Shown: positions 9,205 through 18,166, numbered from the stretch's first letter. The stretch: 25,634 bases of DNA from Chitinophagales bacterium (GCA_013297745.1 JAAFIM010000007.1:64747-90380), one strand, 5' to 3'. The notes: generated by a model from the letters alone, not told the origin. Numbers and translations are program-made.

Positions 9205-9800
9205 AAAAACAAATTAGACCAGCACAACCACAATGGTTAGCCGATAATTATAAAAAATGGGCTACAGCTTGGGCAAAATTACAAAAGAAAGGGGGGACTT
9301 TTCAGTGGGCTTGGCATCCTATTCACAAAGTTGAACGAGTGAATAAAGAAATCACTAAAATACTTTTAGATGGAATGACTCAAGGGCATTGCTCATTTTG
9401 CGATGCTTTCCCGATAGAAACAACAGGCGTAACGTTGGAACATTTTAAGCCTAAAAGCAAATATCCTTTGTTGGCTTATACGTGGAATAATTTATATCCT
9501 TGTTGTAACAAATGCCAAGAGAAAGGAGATTTTTACAGTTGGTTATTAATAAATCCCGATAATCCAAGATACGATTTTTGGGATTATTTTATTTATGAAG
9601 CATCAAGCGGGATGATTTTAGTAAATGAAGCTGAAGATAAATCTCATTTAGACCGTGCGCGTGCTTTTGCAACGATTAAAATTTACGGGTTGAATGACCA
9701 CAGCCGCCCAGAAATGCGAAAAAGAATTTACAAGCAACTACTAAAAGCTGACCCTGCGGATTATAAGGACTACGCGTATCGGTTTCTAATGGATTTCTAA
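9201..9800 (+). CDS. ptuB: HNH endonuclease, Septu PtuB-like
   Basis: HNH signature HCSFCDAF...TLEHFKPKS...WNNLYPCCNKCQEKG (C..C, EH..P, N, CC.KC). Length ~199 aa. Translationally coupled to the upstream ATPase. Confidence 0.6.
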   Translation: MKKQIRPAQPQWLADNYKKWATAWAKLQKKGGTFQWAWHPIHKVERVNKEITKILLDGMTQGHCSFCDAFPIETTGVTLEHFKPKSKYPLLAYTWNNLYPCCNKCQEKGDFYSWLLINPDNPRYDFWDYFIYEASSGMILVNEAEDKSHLDRARAFATIKIYGLNDHSRPEMRKRIYKQLLKADPADYKDYAYRFLMDF

Positions 9801-9853
9801 GCTAAAAATGAGCATAAAAAAAACCAGCTTTGCGCGTTGCAGAGCTGGTTTTT
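9798..9853. repeat. direct repeat copy B (56 nt) spanning the ptuB-like stop codon and the shared bidirectional terminator
   Basis: TAAGCTAAAAATGAGCATAAAAAAAACCAGCTTTGCGCGTTGCAGAGCTGGTTTTT. See copy A at 7746-7799. Confidence 0.8.
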
Positions 9854-9858
9854 TATTG
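9816..9858. terminator. bidirectional rho-independent terminator shared by the ptuB-like gene (+) and the convergent outer-membrane-protein gene (-)
   Basis: Hairpin CCAGCTTTGCG-CGTTGCAGAGCTGG flanked by an A-run (5') and a T-run (3'). Confidence 0.7.
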
Positions 9859-9872
9859 GTAGAAATCCCGTT

Positions 9873-10520
9873 TTATTTGTTGCCAAAAAAATAATAGAAA
9901 CCGGTTTGAAAACCAGCGTTTAGGAGATTAAGCCGTAAATCGTGATAATAAACACTTCTATTAGGATTATAATCTATACTGTAATTTAATAAAGACAGTT
10001 GAAAATCTAAAGCAAATTTATCAGAAAAACGATACATAAGACCAGCATTTACGCCTAGATTTACATTTCCAAAGTTATTTTTAAATGTGCCTCCTGGAAT
10101 GGTAGTTCCTGAATTTATTTGTATGCTTCGGGTGTAACCGCCGCCAATTTGAAATTGGGAATAAGCAAAAAGTTTATTTTCAGACAAATTAAACCAACGC
10201 CGCAAACCATAACTGGTCGTATAATTGTGGCTTTGACGATTTACCTTCCCAAAACCAACACTTTGAGGGGGGAGACCATTTGTAAATATATTTTGCGAAT
10301 AACCATAGCCTAAACTAAAGTGATGAGACCAACGCGAATTTTGCCAATAGGAAAAAGTAGGCGATAGCGAACTGCTAAACTCATAACCAGCATTAAAACC
10401 ATTTGGATTAGTTGCTCTTAAAAATAAATTGCCGCCCAAAGCCTTAGTTTTTGGTTCAAATTGGGCTTGAGAAGTGAGCGCGAAGCTCATAAAAATGAAG
10501 AAAATGAATAAACGTTTCAT
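9873..10520 (-). CDS. outer-membrane beta-barrel protein (small OmpA-like/OmpW-like barrel), paralog 1
   Basis: Signal peptide MKRLFIFFIFMSFALTSQAQ. Alternating hydrophobic/aromatic beta-strand pattern. C-terminal YYFFGNK with terminal aromatic. Paralogous to 10579..11226. Confidence 0.55.
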   Translation of the reverse strand: MKRLFIFFIFMSFALTSQAQFEPKTKALGGNLFLRATNPNGFNAGYEFSSSLSPTFSYWQNSRWSHHFSLGYGYSQNIFTNGLPPQSVGFGKVNRQSHNYTTSYGLRRWFNLSENKLFAYSQFQIGGGYTRSIQINSGTTIPGGTFKNNFGNVNLGVNAGLMYRFSDKFALDFQLSLLNYSIDYNPNRSVYYHDLRLNLLNAGFQTGFYYFFGNK

Positions 10521-10578
10521 ATTTTTACAAAAAAAATTAATAAAAAAAACTTAAAAAAATAGCTGATAAAAAATCATT

Positions 10579-11226
10579 TTATTTGTTGCCCAAAAAATAA
10601 TAGAGACCTACTTGAAAACCAGCGTTTAGGGGTTTAGATTGAAAACCGTGATAATAAATACCAGTAGCACTGCTATGATTTATACTATAATTTAATAAAG
10701 ATGCTTGGACATCTAAAGCAAATTTATTGGAAAATCTATACATAAGACCAGCATTTGCGCCTATATTCACACTCCTAAAATTAGGGCTAAAAGTACCTCT
10801 TGGTCTCATATTTCCTGAATTTACTTGTGAGCTTTGGCTATAACCGCCGCCAATTTGAAATTGAGGATAAGCAAAAAGTTTGTTTTTATACAAATTGAAC
10901 CAACGCCGCAAACCATAACTGGTCAGATAATTGTGAGATTGATAACTCATTTTAGCAAAATTAGGACTTTGAGTACTTGCACCGTTGCTAACCACACCTT
11001 GCGAATAGCCATAACCTAAACTAAAATGGTGAGACCAACGCGAGTTTTGCCAGTGCGAAAAAGTGGGCGAAATAGAACCGCTAAAATTGTAACCCAAATA
11101 ATCTCTATTAGGGTTGTTTACGTTTAAAAAAAAATTGCCGCCCAAAGCTTTAGTTTTTGGTTCAAATTGGGCTTGCAAGGTGAGCGCGAAGCTCAAAAAA
11201 ATCAATAGAATGGGTAAAAGTTTCAT
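10579..11226 (-). CDS. outer-membrane beta-barrel protein, paralog 2 (start taken at MKLLPIL, ATG 11226; the ORF-track extension to 11292 is unlikely)
   Basis: Signal peptide MKLLPILLIFLSFALTLQAQ followed by FEPKTKALGGN, almost identical to paralog 1. C-terminal YYFLGNK. Confidence 0.55.
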   Translation of the reverse strand: MKLLPILLIFLSFALTLQAQFEPKTKALGGNFFLNVNNPNRDYLGYNFSGSISPTFSHWQNSRWSHHFSLGYGYSQGVVSNGASTQSPNFAKMSYQSHNYLTSYGLRRWFNLYKNKLFAYPQFQIGGGYSQSSQVNSGNMRPRGTFSPNFRSVNIGANAGLMYRFSNKFALDVQASLLNYSINHSSATGIYYHGFQSKPLNAGFQVGLYYFLGNK

Positions 11227-11264
11227 ATTTTTACAAAAAAATTTTAATAAAAAAATAATAGGTA

Positions 11265-11306
11265 TAAAAAAAACCGTCTTGTTTGCTAACAAAACGGTTT
11301 TGTATT
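11265..11306. terminator. rho-independent terminator downstream of sodA (minus strand), bidirectional architecture
   Basis: Hairpin AACCGTCTTG-tttgctaa-CAAAACGGTT (one mismatch) flanked by A-run and T-run. Confidence 0.55.
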
Positions 11307-11350
11307 TTAAATGGTTTGGTGAAAAGTAAAAAAAATTATTTTTAACCTTT

Positions 11351-11965
11351 CTACTTGTTGGCAGCGAATAATTCGGCTACTTTAGCCCAATTAGCTACAC
11401 TGAAGAAAGCGTTGATATAATCAGCGCGGCGGTTTTGATAGTTGAGGTAATAAGCGTGTTCCCATACATCAATACCGAAAATGGGGAAGCCGCCACAGCC
11501 TTTGCTATCTACATCCATAAGCGGATTGTCTTGATTGGGGGTAGAACAAACCTCTACTTTGCCCCCTTTATGCACACACAACCAAGCCCAACCAGAACCG
11601 AAACGGGTCATAGCAGCAGCAGCAAATTTTTCTTTGAACGCTGCAAAACCACCCAAATCGCGGTTGATAGCTTCTGCCAATTCACCTGTGGGTTCGCCGC
11701 CACCATTGGGAGACATTACTTCCCAAAATAGGTTGTGGTTGTAGAAACCGCCCCCATTGTTGCGCACTGCTGGGCTGGCTTTGGAGATATTCGCTAAAAT
11801 TTGTTCGATGGTTTGATTTTCCAACTCTGTGCCTGCTATGGCTTTATTCAAGTTGTCGGTATAAGCGGCGTGGTGTTTGCTGTGGTGAATTTCCATAGTG
11901 CGCGCATCAATATGGGGCTGTAGTGCGTCGTAAGCGTACGCCAATTTGGGAAGTACAAATGCCAT
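11351..11965 (-). CDS. sodA: Fe/Mn superoxide dismutase
   Basis: [28 protein letters not shown], metal ligands, and [19 protein letters not shown] signature. Confidence 0.93.
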   Translation of the reverse strand: MAFVLPKLAYAYDALQPHIDARTMEIHHSKHHAAYTDNLNKAIAGTELENQTIEQILANISKASPAVRNNGGGFYNHNLFWEVMSPNGGGEPTGELAEAINRDLGGFAAFKEKFAAAAMTRFGSGWAWLCVHKGGKVEVCSTPNQDNPLMDVDSKGCGGFPIFGIDVWEHAYYLNYQNRRADYINAFFSVANWAKVAELFAANK

Positions 11966-12071
11966 TTTTTGTAGTGAAAATTATAAGGATGAAGTTAAAA
12001 ATTATACTTGAAACTCAAATAATAACAAGATTAGTCTCCAATTGTTCATCATAATGGCAAAAAATTAGCTT

Positions 12072-12947
12072 TTATTCTAAAACTACATCTATTTTTTCCC
12101 GCGTAAAGCCTACCGTTGCTAAAGTATTGGCTAATAAAGCCCAAAAATCGGCTAATTCGTAAGGGAAATTTTCAATTTGGTATAAATCGCTGTAGGTATC
12201 GTTTCCATACAAATAACTATTATTGCGCCAATACATCCAACTCTTTTCAATATCTTCGTTAATAAACAAACGGTTAAAATTATATTCAAAAAACAACTCA
12301 AGCCAATCATTGTGAAGGTCAGAAGCTTTTGTTTCTGCTATTAGGTAATTTAGGGTTTCGGTGACTAATTTTTCATCTTTTGCGCCCACTTTATGGAGTA
12401 GCAAGTATAAATCTACAGAGTCTTTTATACGCGGTTGGGTTATGGATTGGTGTATTTTCCAAGATAATTGAATGGGCAAAGGGGCAGCTTTGGGGATGAT
12501 AAATTTAGCACCTTGCGCGGGTTGGTATTCTATAGTTACGGGTTCAAAAGGCACAGGCCAATTAAAGCTAATTTCTATATTTAAGGAAATTTTTTCATCC
12601 CCGATAAAGGCCTTAATTTCCGTATTGACGGTGGCAAAATGGTTATACATTGCATAATCGGAATTTTCCCAATAGATATTGTCGCTATCCAATCGCTTAA
12701 ATCGTACGCCATCTTTCAAGTCGCTGTGGCAAACAGTCATCAGCCAGATGTTGAAAATTTTTTCCGCGTCTTCCATATCCCCAAAGGTTTGGCTGCAATA
12801 CCAATCCAAATCGGCTGGTAGGCGGTTGGCAGGATTAGCACAAAATTGGCGGGTTAAAAAGCTGCCTTTGAGTACAAAAGGGCTGTTGAAACTAGCAGCG
12901 CGGGCGATAAAACCCTCATAAGCGCGCATTTCTAATTCAGAAATCAT
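12072..12947 (-). CDS. AbiEii/DUF1814-like nucleotidyltransferase (pol-beta superfamily), paralog A
   Basis: NTase motif FVLKGSFLTRQF...LPADLDWY (hG[GS]...DhD). C-terminal R-x-KDxVDLxLLL motif resembling the conserved KDLYDL of DUF1814. ~290 aa, typical size. Confidence 0.45.
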   Translation of the reverse strand: MISELEMRAYEGFIARAASFNSPFVLKGSFLTRQFCANPANRLPADLDWYCSQTFGDMEDAEKIFNIWLMTVCHSDLKDGVRFKRLDSDNIYWENSDYAMYNHFATVNTEIKAFIGDEKISLNIEISFNWPVPFEPVTIEYQPAQGAKFIIPKAAPLPIQLSWKIHQSITQPRIKDSVDLYLLLHKVGAKDEKLVTETLNYLIAETKASDLHNDWLELFFEYNFNRLFINEDIEKSWMYWRNNSYLYGNDTYSDLYQIENFPYELADFWALLANTLATVGFTREKIDVVLE

Positions 12948-13034
12948 AGTTATTTGGTAAAGTTTGAGAATTATAAAAAATGGTTTAGAGTGTTGCTAAT
13001 AACGGGCAGAATTAGCGCAGTTTTTTTATTTTAA

Positions 13035-13913
13035 TCAATCCCAATCGTCATAATTTGGTCTTGGGTCAAAACCCGCTTTTTCAAAAATTGTGGTTAAGTA
13101 TTCGTAAAAATCATCTAATTTTTCTGGAACTTGATAGCTGCCATAAAAATCTGAATAGGTGTTTGTATCCCAAAAATGCTTAAAATCATAATATTTCTCC
13201 TTGTTATCCATACGCCAATACTCCCAACGGCTCTCTGATATGACTTCGTCCTCGTCAAAGTTATATTCAAAAAACTCATCTGCAAATACGCCACTCATTA
13301 TAGCTTCTTCCTCGGCTGTTTCTTTTATTAGCGCAATCATTTCATTATCAATACTTTGATGTTGCAATAATAAAGATAAATCCACAAAATCTTTCATACG
13401 CGGTTCTATGATACACTGGTGAATTTTCCAAGCGATTTGTAAGTATAAAGGTATGGTTTTGGATAGATTAAACTGCTCGTTATTGCTATTTTTGTACAAA
13501 ATTGGTTTTGGGGTAAAATGTATTGGCCAATTATAACTAATTTCAATATAAAATCGAATAGTTTGACCTTTTACAGTAGCTTCTAATACAGTACCAATAG
13601 TGGTAAATTCTTGATAATCAGCATAATCGGTATTTTCCCAATTAATGTTGCCTGCTACTAGCGGATTAAATTCTACCCCGTCGTTTAGTTTGGTATTGAC
13701 TACAGTCATTAGCCAAATGTTAAAAAAAATCATAGCATTATCCACCATACTTAGTTTTTGCAAACAATACCAATCCAAATCTGCTGGGATTCGGTCGCTT
13801 AAGCTGGGGCAAAATTGGCGGGTCAAAAAGCTACCTTTCAATACAAAAGGGCTATCAAAGGTTGCAGCGCGCTGGATAAATGATTCGCAAGCGAGTAAAG
13901 CTAAATTATTCAT
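13035..13913 (-). CDS. AbiEii/DUF1814-like nucleotidyltransferase, paralog B
   Basis: Same motifs as paralog A (FVLKGSFLTRQF, PADLDWY, PRMKDFVDLSLLL). Collinear similarity across the full length. Confidence 0.45.
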   Translation of the reverse strand: MNNLALLACESFIQRAATFDSPFVLKGSFLTRQFCPSLSDRIPADLDWYCLQKLSMVDNAMIFFNIWLMTVVNTKLNDGVEFNPLVAGNINWENTDYADYQEFTTIGTVLEATVKGQTIRFYIEISYNWPIHFTPKPILYKNSNNEQFNLSKTIPLYLQIAWKIHQCIIEPRMKDFVDLSLLLQHQSIDNEMIALIKETAEEEAIMSGVFADEFFEYNFDEDEVISESRWEYWRMDNKEKYYDFKHFWDTNTYSDFYGSYQVPEKLDDFYEYLTTIFEKAGFDPRPNYDDWD

Positions 13914-13937
13914 TTTTTATCAATAAATTATTCATTT

Positions 13938-14540
13938 TTATGGAATAAGCCAACCATTATCCAAATCTACGTTGCTGTCGTACAAACAAAATTCTGCTTG
14001 TTCTTTGCCAATTATCCAAGTATTTTGGGTTAATTCTGCTTTTAAGTTTGCAACTCGCTGCTCAAAATCGGCTCGATTGCCATAATGGCGCAGGGTGATA
14101 AATCGCTGACTTTCGTTGTTTTTTAGACTGTTTTTGGATAAGTGGGTTTGGTGTTCTTGGCAGATTTGGGTTAATAATTCCACCTGTTTATACTCAATTT
14201 TAGCGTGCCATTCAAAATAGTTTTTGCTGTTATTCAACTCATTTTCAAACAGATGCGCGCAGTAGGCGGGAATTTCTATCTTTATCCGATTAGGGTTAAA
14301 GTTGAGCTGTTTTAACTCCAAAGCTAATAAGTTGGCTTTATCTATAACCGTTTCCAACCCATTTTCGTAAAAAACTTTGGTCAGCATCGGCTGTTGTTGA
14401 TGTGCGCCCCGCGCCAAGTGGATAAGAATGGCTTTGCTTTGCAGGTTTTGGCAAATGGTGGCAAATTCCGTTTCGCGCTCGTTGTGGATAGCATCGACGG
14501 TCAAATGCAGTTCGAAGGGTAAATTTTCTATGTTTTTCAT
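13938..14540 (-). CDS. hypothetical protein (~200 aa from ATG 14540; the ORF-track start at 14609 runs into a terminator hairpin). First gene of an apparent three-gene unit with the two NTase paralogs.
   Basis: ORF track. Same strand, 25-nt gap to paralog B. No recognisable HTH or other motif. Confidence 0.4.
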   Translation of the reverse strand: MKNIENLPFELHLTVDAIHNERETEFATICQNLQSKAILIHLARGAHQQQPMLTKVFYENGLETVIDKANLLALELKQLNFNPNRIKIEIPAYCAHLFENELNNSKNYFEWHAKIEYKQVELLTQICQEHQTHLSKNSLKNNESQRFITLRHYGNRADFEQRVANLKAELTQNTWIIGKEQAEFCLYDSNVDLDNGWLIP

Positions 14541-14582
14541 AACGCTATTATACGATTTTTGCACAAAGATAGTTCCTTTTAT

Positions 14583-14616
14583 ACAAAAAAAACAGCTTGC
14601 TGTGGGCAAACTGTTT
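14583..14616. terminator. bidirectional rho-independent terminator downstream of argD
   Basis: AAAAAAAACAGCTTGC-tgtgg-GCAAACTGTTTT hairpin (one mismatch) flanked by A-run and T-run. Confidence 0.55.
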
Positions 14617-14755
14617 TATAAATAAGAAATAAAATGTTAAGATATATGTTTAGGAAAAAGACGGCTTGTTTTCCCAAACAAGCAGGTGAATGGATAAAAT
14701 TTGGCTCATTTAGAATAAGAAGGCATGGTATTAAAAAAGCAGAACAAACTGATAA

Positions 14756-15898
14756 CTAAGCATTTACAGCTTCTTGTTGCATCACTTCAGCAAAAGCGGA
14801 TAAAAATATATCGGCTTCTTTTATAGTCAAGTTAAGCGCAGGCAACAAACGTATCACGTTTTTGTTAGAAGAGGAGCCAGTAAAAATTTTATATTCAAAA
14901 AGTAACTTTTTCCGAAGTTGGTCGGCAGGATGATGGAGTTCAACCCCTATCATTAGCCCTTGACCGCGCACTTCTTTCAACTGTGGATATTGGCGCAAAG
15001 CAGCAAGCAGATAGTTGCCCACTTTTTCCGAATTGGGTATAAGTTGCTCATTTTCAATGGTTTCCAACACAGCAATAGCGGCAGCACAAGCTAAATAATT
15101 GCCACCAAAAGTAGTGCCCAACATACCATATTTGGCTTTAAACTCAGGGGAGATTAAAACGCCTGCTACAGGAAAGCCGTTTCCCATACCTTTGGCTATG
15201 CTGATAATGTCCGCTTTTATCTCTGAATGTTGATGTGCGAAGAATTTTCCACTGCGCCCATAACCTGATTGAATTTCGTCCAAAATCAACACAATGCCAT
15301 TTTTTTTGCACAATTCGCTGATTTTTTGCAGAAAACTAACCGTTGGGATTTGCACCCCGCCCACGCCTTGGATACCTTCTATAATCACCGCAGCTACTTG
15401 ATTATCAAGGTGTTGTGTTAAAGATTCCTCGTCGTTAAAGGGTAAAAATTGTATATTTTCGGTTTCGTTGACAGGAGCAACTATTTTTTTATCATCAGTA
15501 GCCGCCACTGCCAAAGAGGTTCTGCCGTGAAAAGAGCCGCTAAAAGCGATAATTTTTTTCCTGCCGTTGTGGAAAGATGCCAACTTCATCGCGTTTTCGT
15601 TCGCTTCTGCTCCCGAATTGCATAGAAACAGCTTATAATCTTCATAACCAGATAATTTGGTTAATTTTTCGGCTAACTCTTGCTGCAAGGGAATTTGTAT
15701 GGCGTTGGAATAAAAACCAATCTTATTTAATTGATTAGTAAGGGTTTGTACATAATGCGGGTGGCTGTGTCCTATAGAAATTACCGCGTGCCCGCCGTAC
15801 AAATCCAAGTATTTTTGCCCGTTTTCATCCCAAAGGTAAGAACCTTCAGCGCGCACGGGGCAAATATCATAAAGGGGATAAACATCAAAAGTTTTCAT
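14756..15898 (-). CDS. argD: acetylornithine aminotransferase (class III PLP aminotransferase)
   Basis: Class-III aminotransferase features (PLP region LILDEIQSGYGRSGKFFA, lysine in ISIAKGMGNGFP). Adjacent to argC. Confidence 0.8.
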   Translation of the reverse strand: MKTFDVYPLYDICPVRAEGSYLWDENGQKYLDLYGGHAVISIGHSHPHYVQTLTNQLNKIGFYSNAIQIPLQQELAEKLTKLSGYEDYKLFLCNSGAEANENAMKLASFHNGRKKIIAFSGSFHGRTSLAVAATDDKKIVAPVNETENIQFLPFNDEESLTQHLDNQVAAVIIEGIQGVGGVQIPTVSFLQKISELCKKNGIVLILDEIQSGYGRSGKFFAHQHSEIKADIISIAKGMGNGFPVAGVLISPEFKAKYGMLGTTFGGNYLACAAAIAVLETIENEQLIPNSEKVGNYLLAALRQYPQLKEVRGQGLMIGVELHHPADQLRKKLLFEYKIFTGSSSNKNVIRLLPALNLTIKEADIFLSAFAEVMQQEAVNA

Positions 15899-15952
15899 CT
15901 GTATAAGGCAATTTGCCCAAATTTTAAGTGGATTTTTTAAAACAAAATTTTA

Positions 15953-16933
15953 CTAAAAAAAGGCTGCTTTTAGCCTCAATCCTGCCGTTTCGGGCAAACC
16001 GAACATTAAATTCATATTCTGAACCGCTTGTCCAGACGCACCTTTTAACAAGTTATCGATTACGGAGGTGATTAAAACCATATTATCGTGTTTTTCTACC
16101 TGCAAAAAGCATTTATTGGTGTTTACAACCTGTTTTAAATCAACGTTTTGCGCGGATACAAAAGTGAAAGCTGCATCTTGGTAGAAGTTTTGGTATAAAC
16201 TCGTAATGTCAACCAAAGGCAAATTAATTTCTGTGTAAACTGTAGCTAAAATTCCACGGGTGAAGTTGCCCCGTTGGGGGATAAAATGAATCGCCGCATC
16301 AAAATCGGGTTGCAATTGTTGTATGTTCGCGCCTATTTCGCGCAAATGTTGATGTTCAAAAGCCTTATAAATGGAAAGGTTTTGACTACGCCAGCTAAAA
16401 TGTGAAGTCGTACTTAACGATTGACCCGCGCCCGTGCTGCCTGTGGTGGCGTTGATATGTACATCTGACTGTAGCAATTTGTGCGCGGCCAAAGGTAGTA
16501 AAGCCAACTGAATACAGGTTGCAAAACAGCCGGGATTGGCTACAAATTGGGCTTTGTCCAATTTCTTTTTCCAAACTTCGGGCAAGCCATAGATGAATTT
16601 TTGGTTAAATTCGCCGTTGGGAATGGGGCGGAAATCTTGGCTTAAATCAATAATTTTTATTTGGGGGTTGAGTTGATTTTCCAACAAAAATTTGGAAGAT
16701 TCATTATGCCCCATACACAAAAAAATAGCGTCGATGTCTTGGCTAATTTCATCGCAAAAATGCAAGTTTGTATCGCCAAACAAATCGCTATGTACTGCCC
16801 AAACTGCTTTGCCTGCGTTGCTTTTGCTGTGAGCGAATACAATTTCTACTTGAGGATGAAAAACCAAAATTCTAAGCAATTCTCCTCCAGTATAGCCAGC
16901 CGCGCCTGCAACTGCTACTCTAATTTTTTTCAT
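15953..16933 (-). CDS. argC: N-acetyl-gamma-glutamyl-phosphate reductase
   Basis: N-terminal Rossmann motif VAVAGAAGYTGGELLRIL and active-site region PGCFATC, typical of ArgC. Confidence 0.85.
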   Translation of the reverse strand: MKKIRVAVAGAAGYTGGELLRILVFHPQVEIVFAHSKSNAGKAVWAVHSDLFGDTNLHFCDEISQDIDAIFLCMGHNESSKFLLENQLNPQIKIIDLSQDFRPIPNGEFNQKFIYGLPEVWKKKLDKAQFVANPGCFATCIQLALLPLAAHKLLQSDVHINATTGSTGAGQSLSTTSHFSWRSQNLSIYKAFEHQHLREIGANIQQLQPDFDAAIHFIPQRGNFTRGILATVYTEINLPLVDITSLYQNFYQDAAFTFVSAQNVDLKQVVNTNKCFLQVEKHDNMVLITSVIDNLLKGASGQAVQNMNLMFGLPETAGLRLKAAFF

Positions 16934-16987
16934 ATAAAAATTTTGTTTTTGGCTAAAAAAACAAGATGAAATTTGGTTACGCTGCTA

Positions 16988-17680
16988 CTATGGATAAGTT
17001 TGGCGGCGTTGGCTTTGGCGCAATTCTACCGCTTTTTTGGCTTTGCGTAGATTGCAAAAATGAGCTTTCAAACGCTCCGTTTGCTCTTGGTGGCGAACCA
17101 TACCCACGAGGTCGGTTTGGTGCTGTTGCTCTTTCAATTCTGGGTCATACAACATAGCCGTGCAAAGGCAGTTTTTACGCCCTTTTAATTTTAAAATATC
17201 AAAATTTACACAGCTTTGGCAGCCAGCCCAAAAGGTTTCATCTTGGCTAATTTCCGAATAAGTTACGGGTTCAAACCCCAAATCGGAGTTGATTTTCATC
17301 ACAGCTAAGCCTGTAGTTAGCCCAAAAATTTTGGCTTGGGGGAATTTATTGCGGCAAAGTTCAAAGATTTTTTCTTTGATGCGTTTGGCTAAGCCATATT
17401 TGCGGAATTTTGGGGACACAATAAGCCCAGAGTTGGACACAAATTGTCCATCGCTCCAAGTTTCGGCATAGCAAAAGCCAGCCCATTCGCCAGTTTCGCA
17501 GCAAAAAGCAACAACAGCTTTGCCTGCAAGAATTTTCTCGTTGAGCATATCAGGGCTGCGGCGGGCTATACCCGTGCCGCGAGCTTGGGCAGAGGCGAAC
17601 ATTTCGTCGCAAATTTCGGCAGAGAAAGGGAAATCTTGTACGTTGGCAATACGTACAACAAAAGAGAGGTTAGTTTCCAT
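16988..17680 (-). CDS. GNAT-family N-acetyltransferase, likely the arg-operon acetyltransferase of Bacteroidetes
   Basis: GNAT acetyl-CoA binding pattern (..VSPKFRKYGLAKRI..). Position immediately upstream of argC on the same strand. Confidence 0.55.
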   Translation of the reverse strand: METNLSFVVRIANVQDFPFSAEICDEMFASAQARGTGIARRSPDMLNEKILAGKAVVAFCCETGEWAGFCYAETWSDGQFVSNSGLIVSPKFRKYGLAKRIKEKIFELCRNKFPQAKIFGLTTGLAVMKINSDLGFEPVTYSEISQDETFWAGCQSCVNFDILKLKGRKNCLCTAMLYDPELKEQQHQTDLVGMVRHQEQTERLKAHFCNLRKAKKAVELRQSQRRQTYP

Positions 17681-18166
17681 TTAAGGTTGAAAAATCGCTA
17701 ATAGGTTGATAGACAGCACTTTGTGATTGGGTTAAACAAAGACTGCATAAAAAAAATTAATACCAAAAAAATTCAAATTAAATTGCCAATCCAACAGGGG
17801 GGCTGTTGGAGATTGAACCTAATTTGGTAGTATTAGCGACGTAAAAAATAGAAACGGGGAGTAGCGCAAAAAACTGTGCTAATGGCAGCAGCAAAAAACA
17901 TAGACACCTTGTTGGCGATTGTTACCAAGGGATTAAGACCGTTGAAGTAAGCGTTTTTTTTCATTGACTTTTTAGATAGAGATAATGGGTGTTGTTATTA
18001 TAAATTATTTTGAAGGTATGTATCATTTTTATACTAAAATGGACTGCAAACTTAATGCCAATTTTTCTAATTGAAAAAATTTTTTTTAAAAAAAATCATT
18101 TTTTAGCCCTTTTTAGCCGCTTTTTATGCAATTATTTTAATAATGTCTTATTTTTAGGGTAAAAAA

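Noticed and set aside
11114-11329. ORF-track N-terminal extension of OMP paralog 2 (to 11292) and the small plus ORF 11114-11329
   Set aside because: The extension adds a non-signal-like leader before a perfect signal peptide that aligns with paralog 1's start. The region also holds the sodA terminator hairpin, so it is more likely non-coding.
16966-17157. Small plus-strand ORF overlapping the 3' end of the GNAT gene, and other 60-100 aa ORFs antisense to argC, argD and the NTase genes
   Set aside because: They overlap well-supported genes on the opposite strand, are short, and have no motif support.
17700-18166. A ~470-bp AT-rich intergenic region with a short hairpin (CCAACAGgggggCTGTTGG at ~17791-17809), examined for tRNA, small RNA or riboswitch
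   Set aside because: No tRNA-like cloverleaf (no GTTCGA-type T-loop or acceptor pairing) and no T-tract after the hairpin. It is probably the promoter/regulatory region of the divergent arg and DinB-like units. No specific element could be supported.
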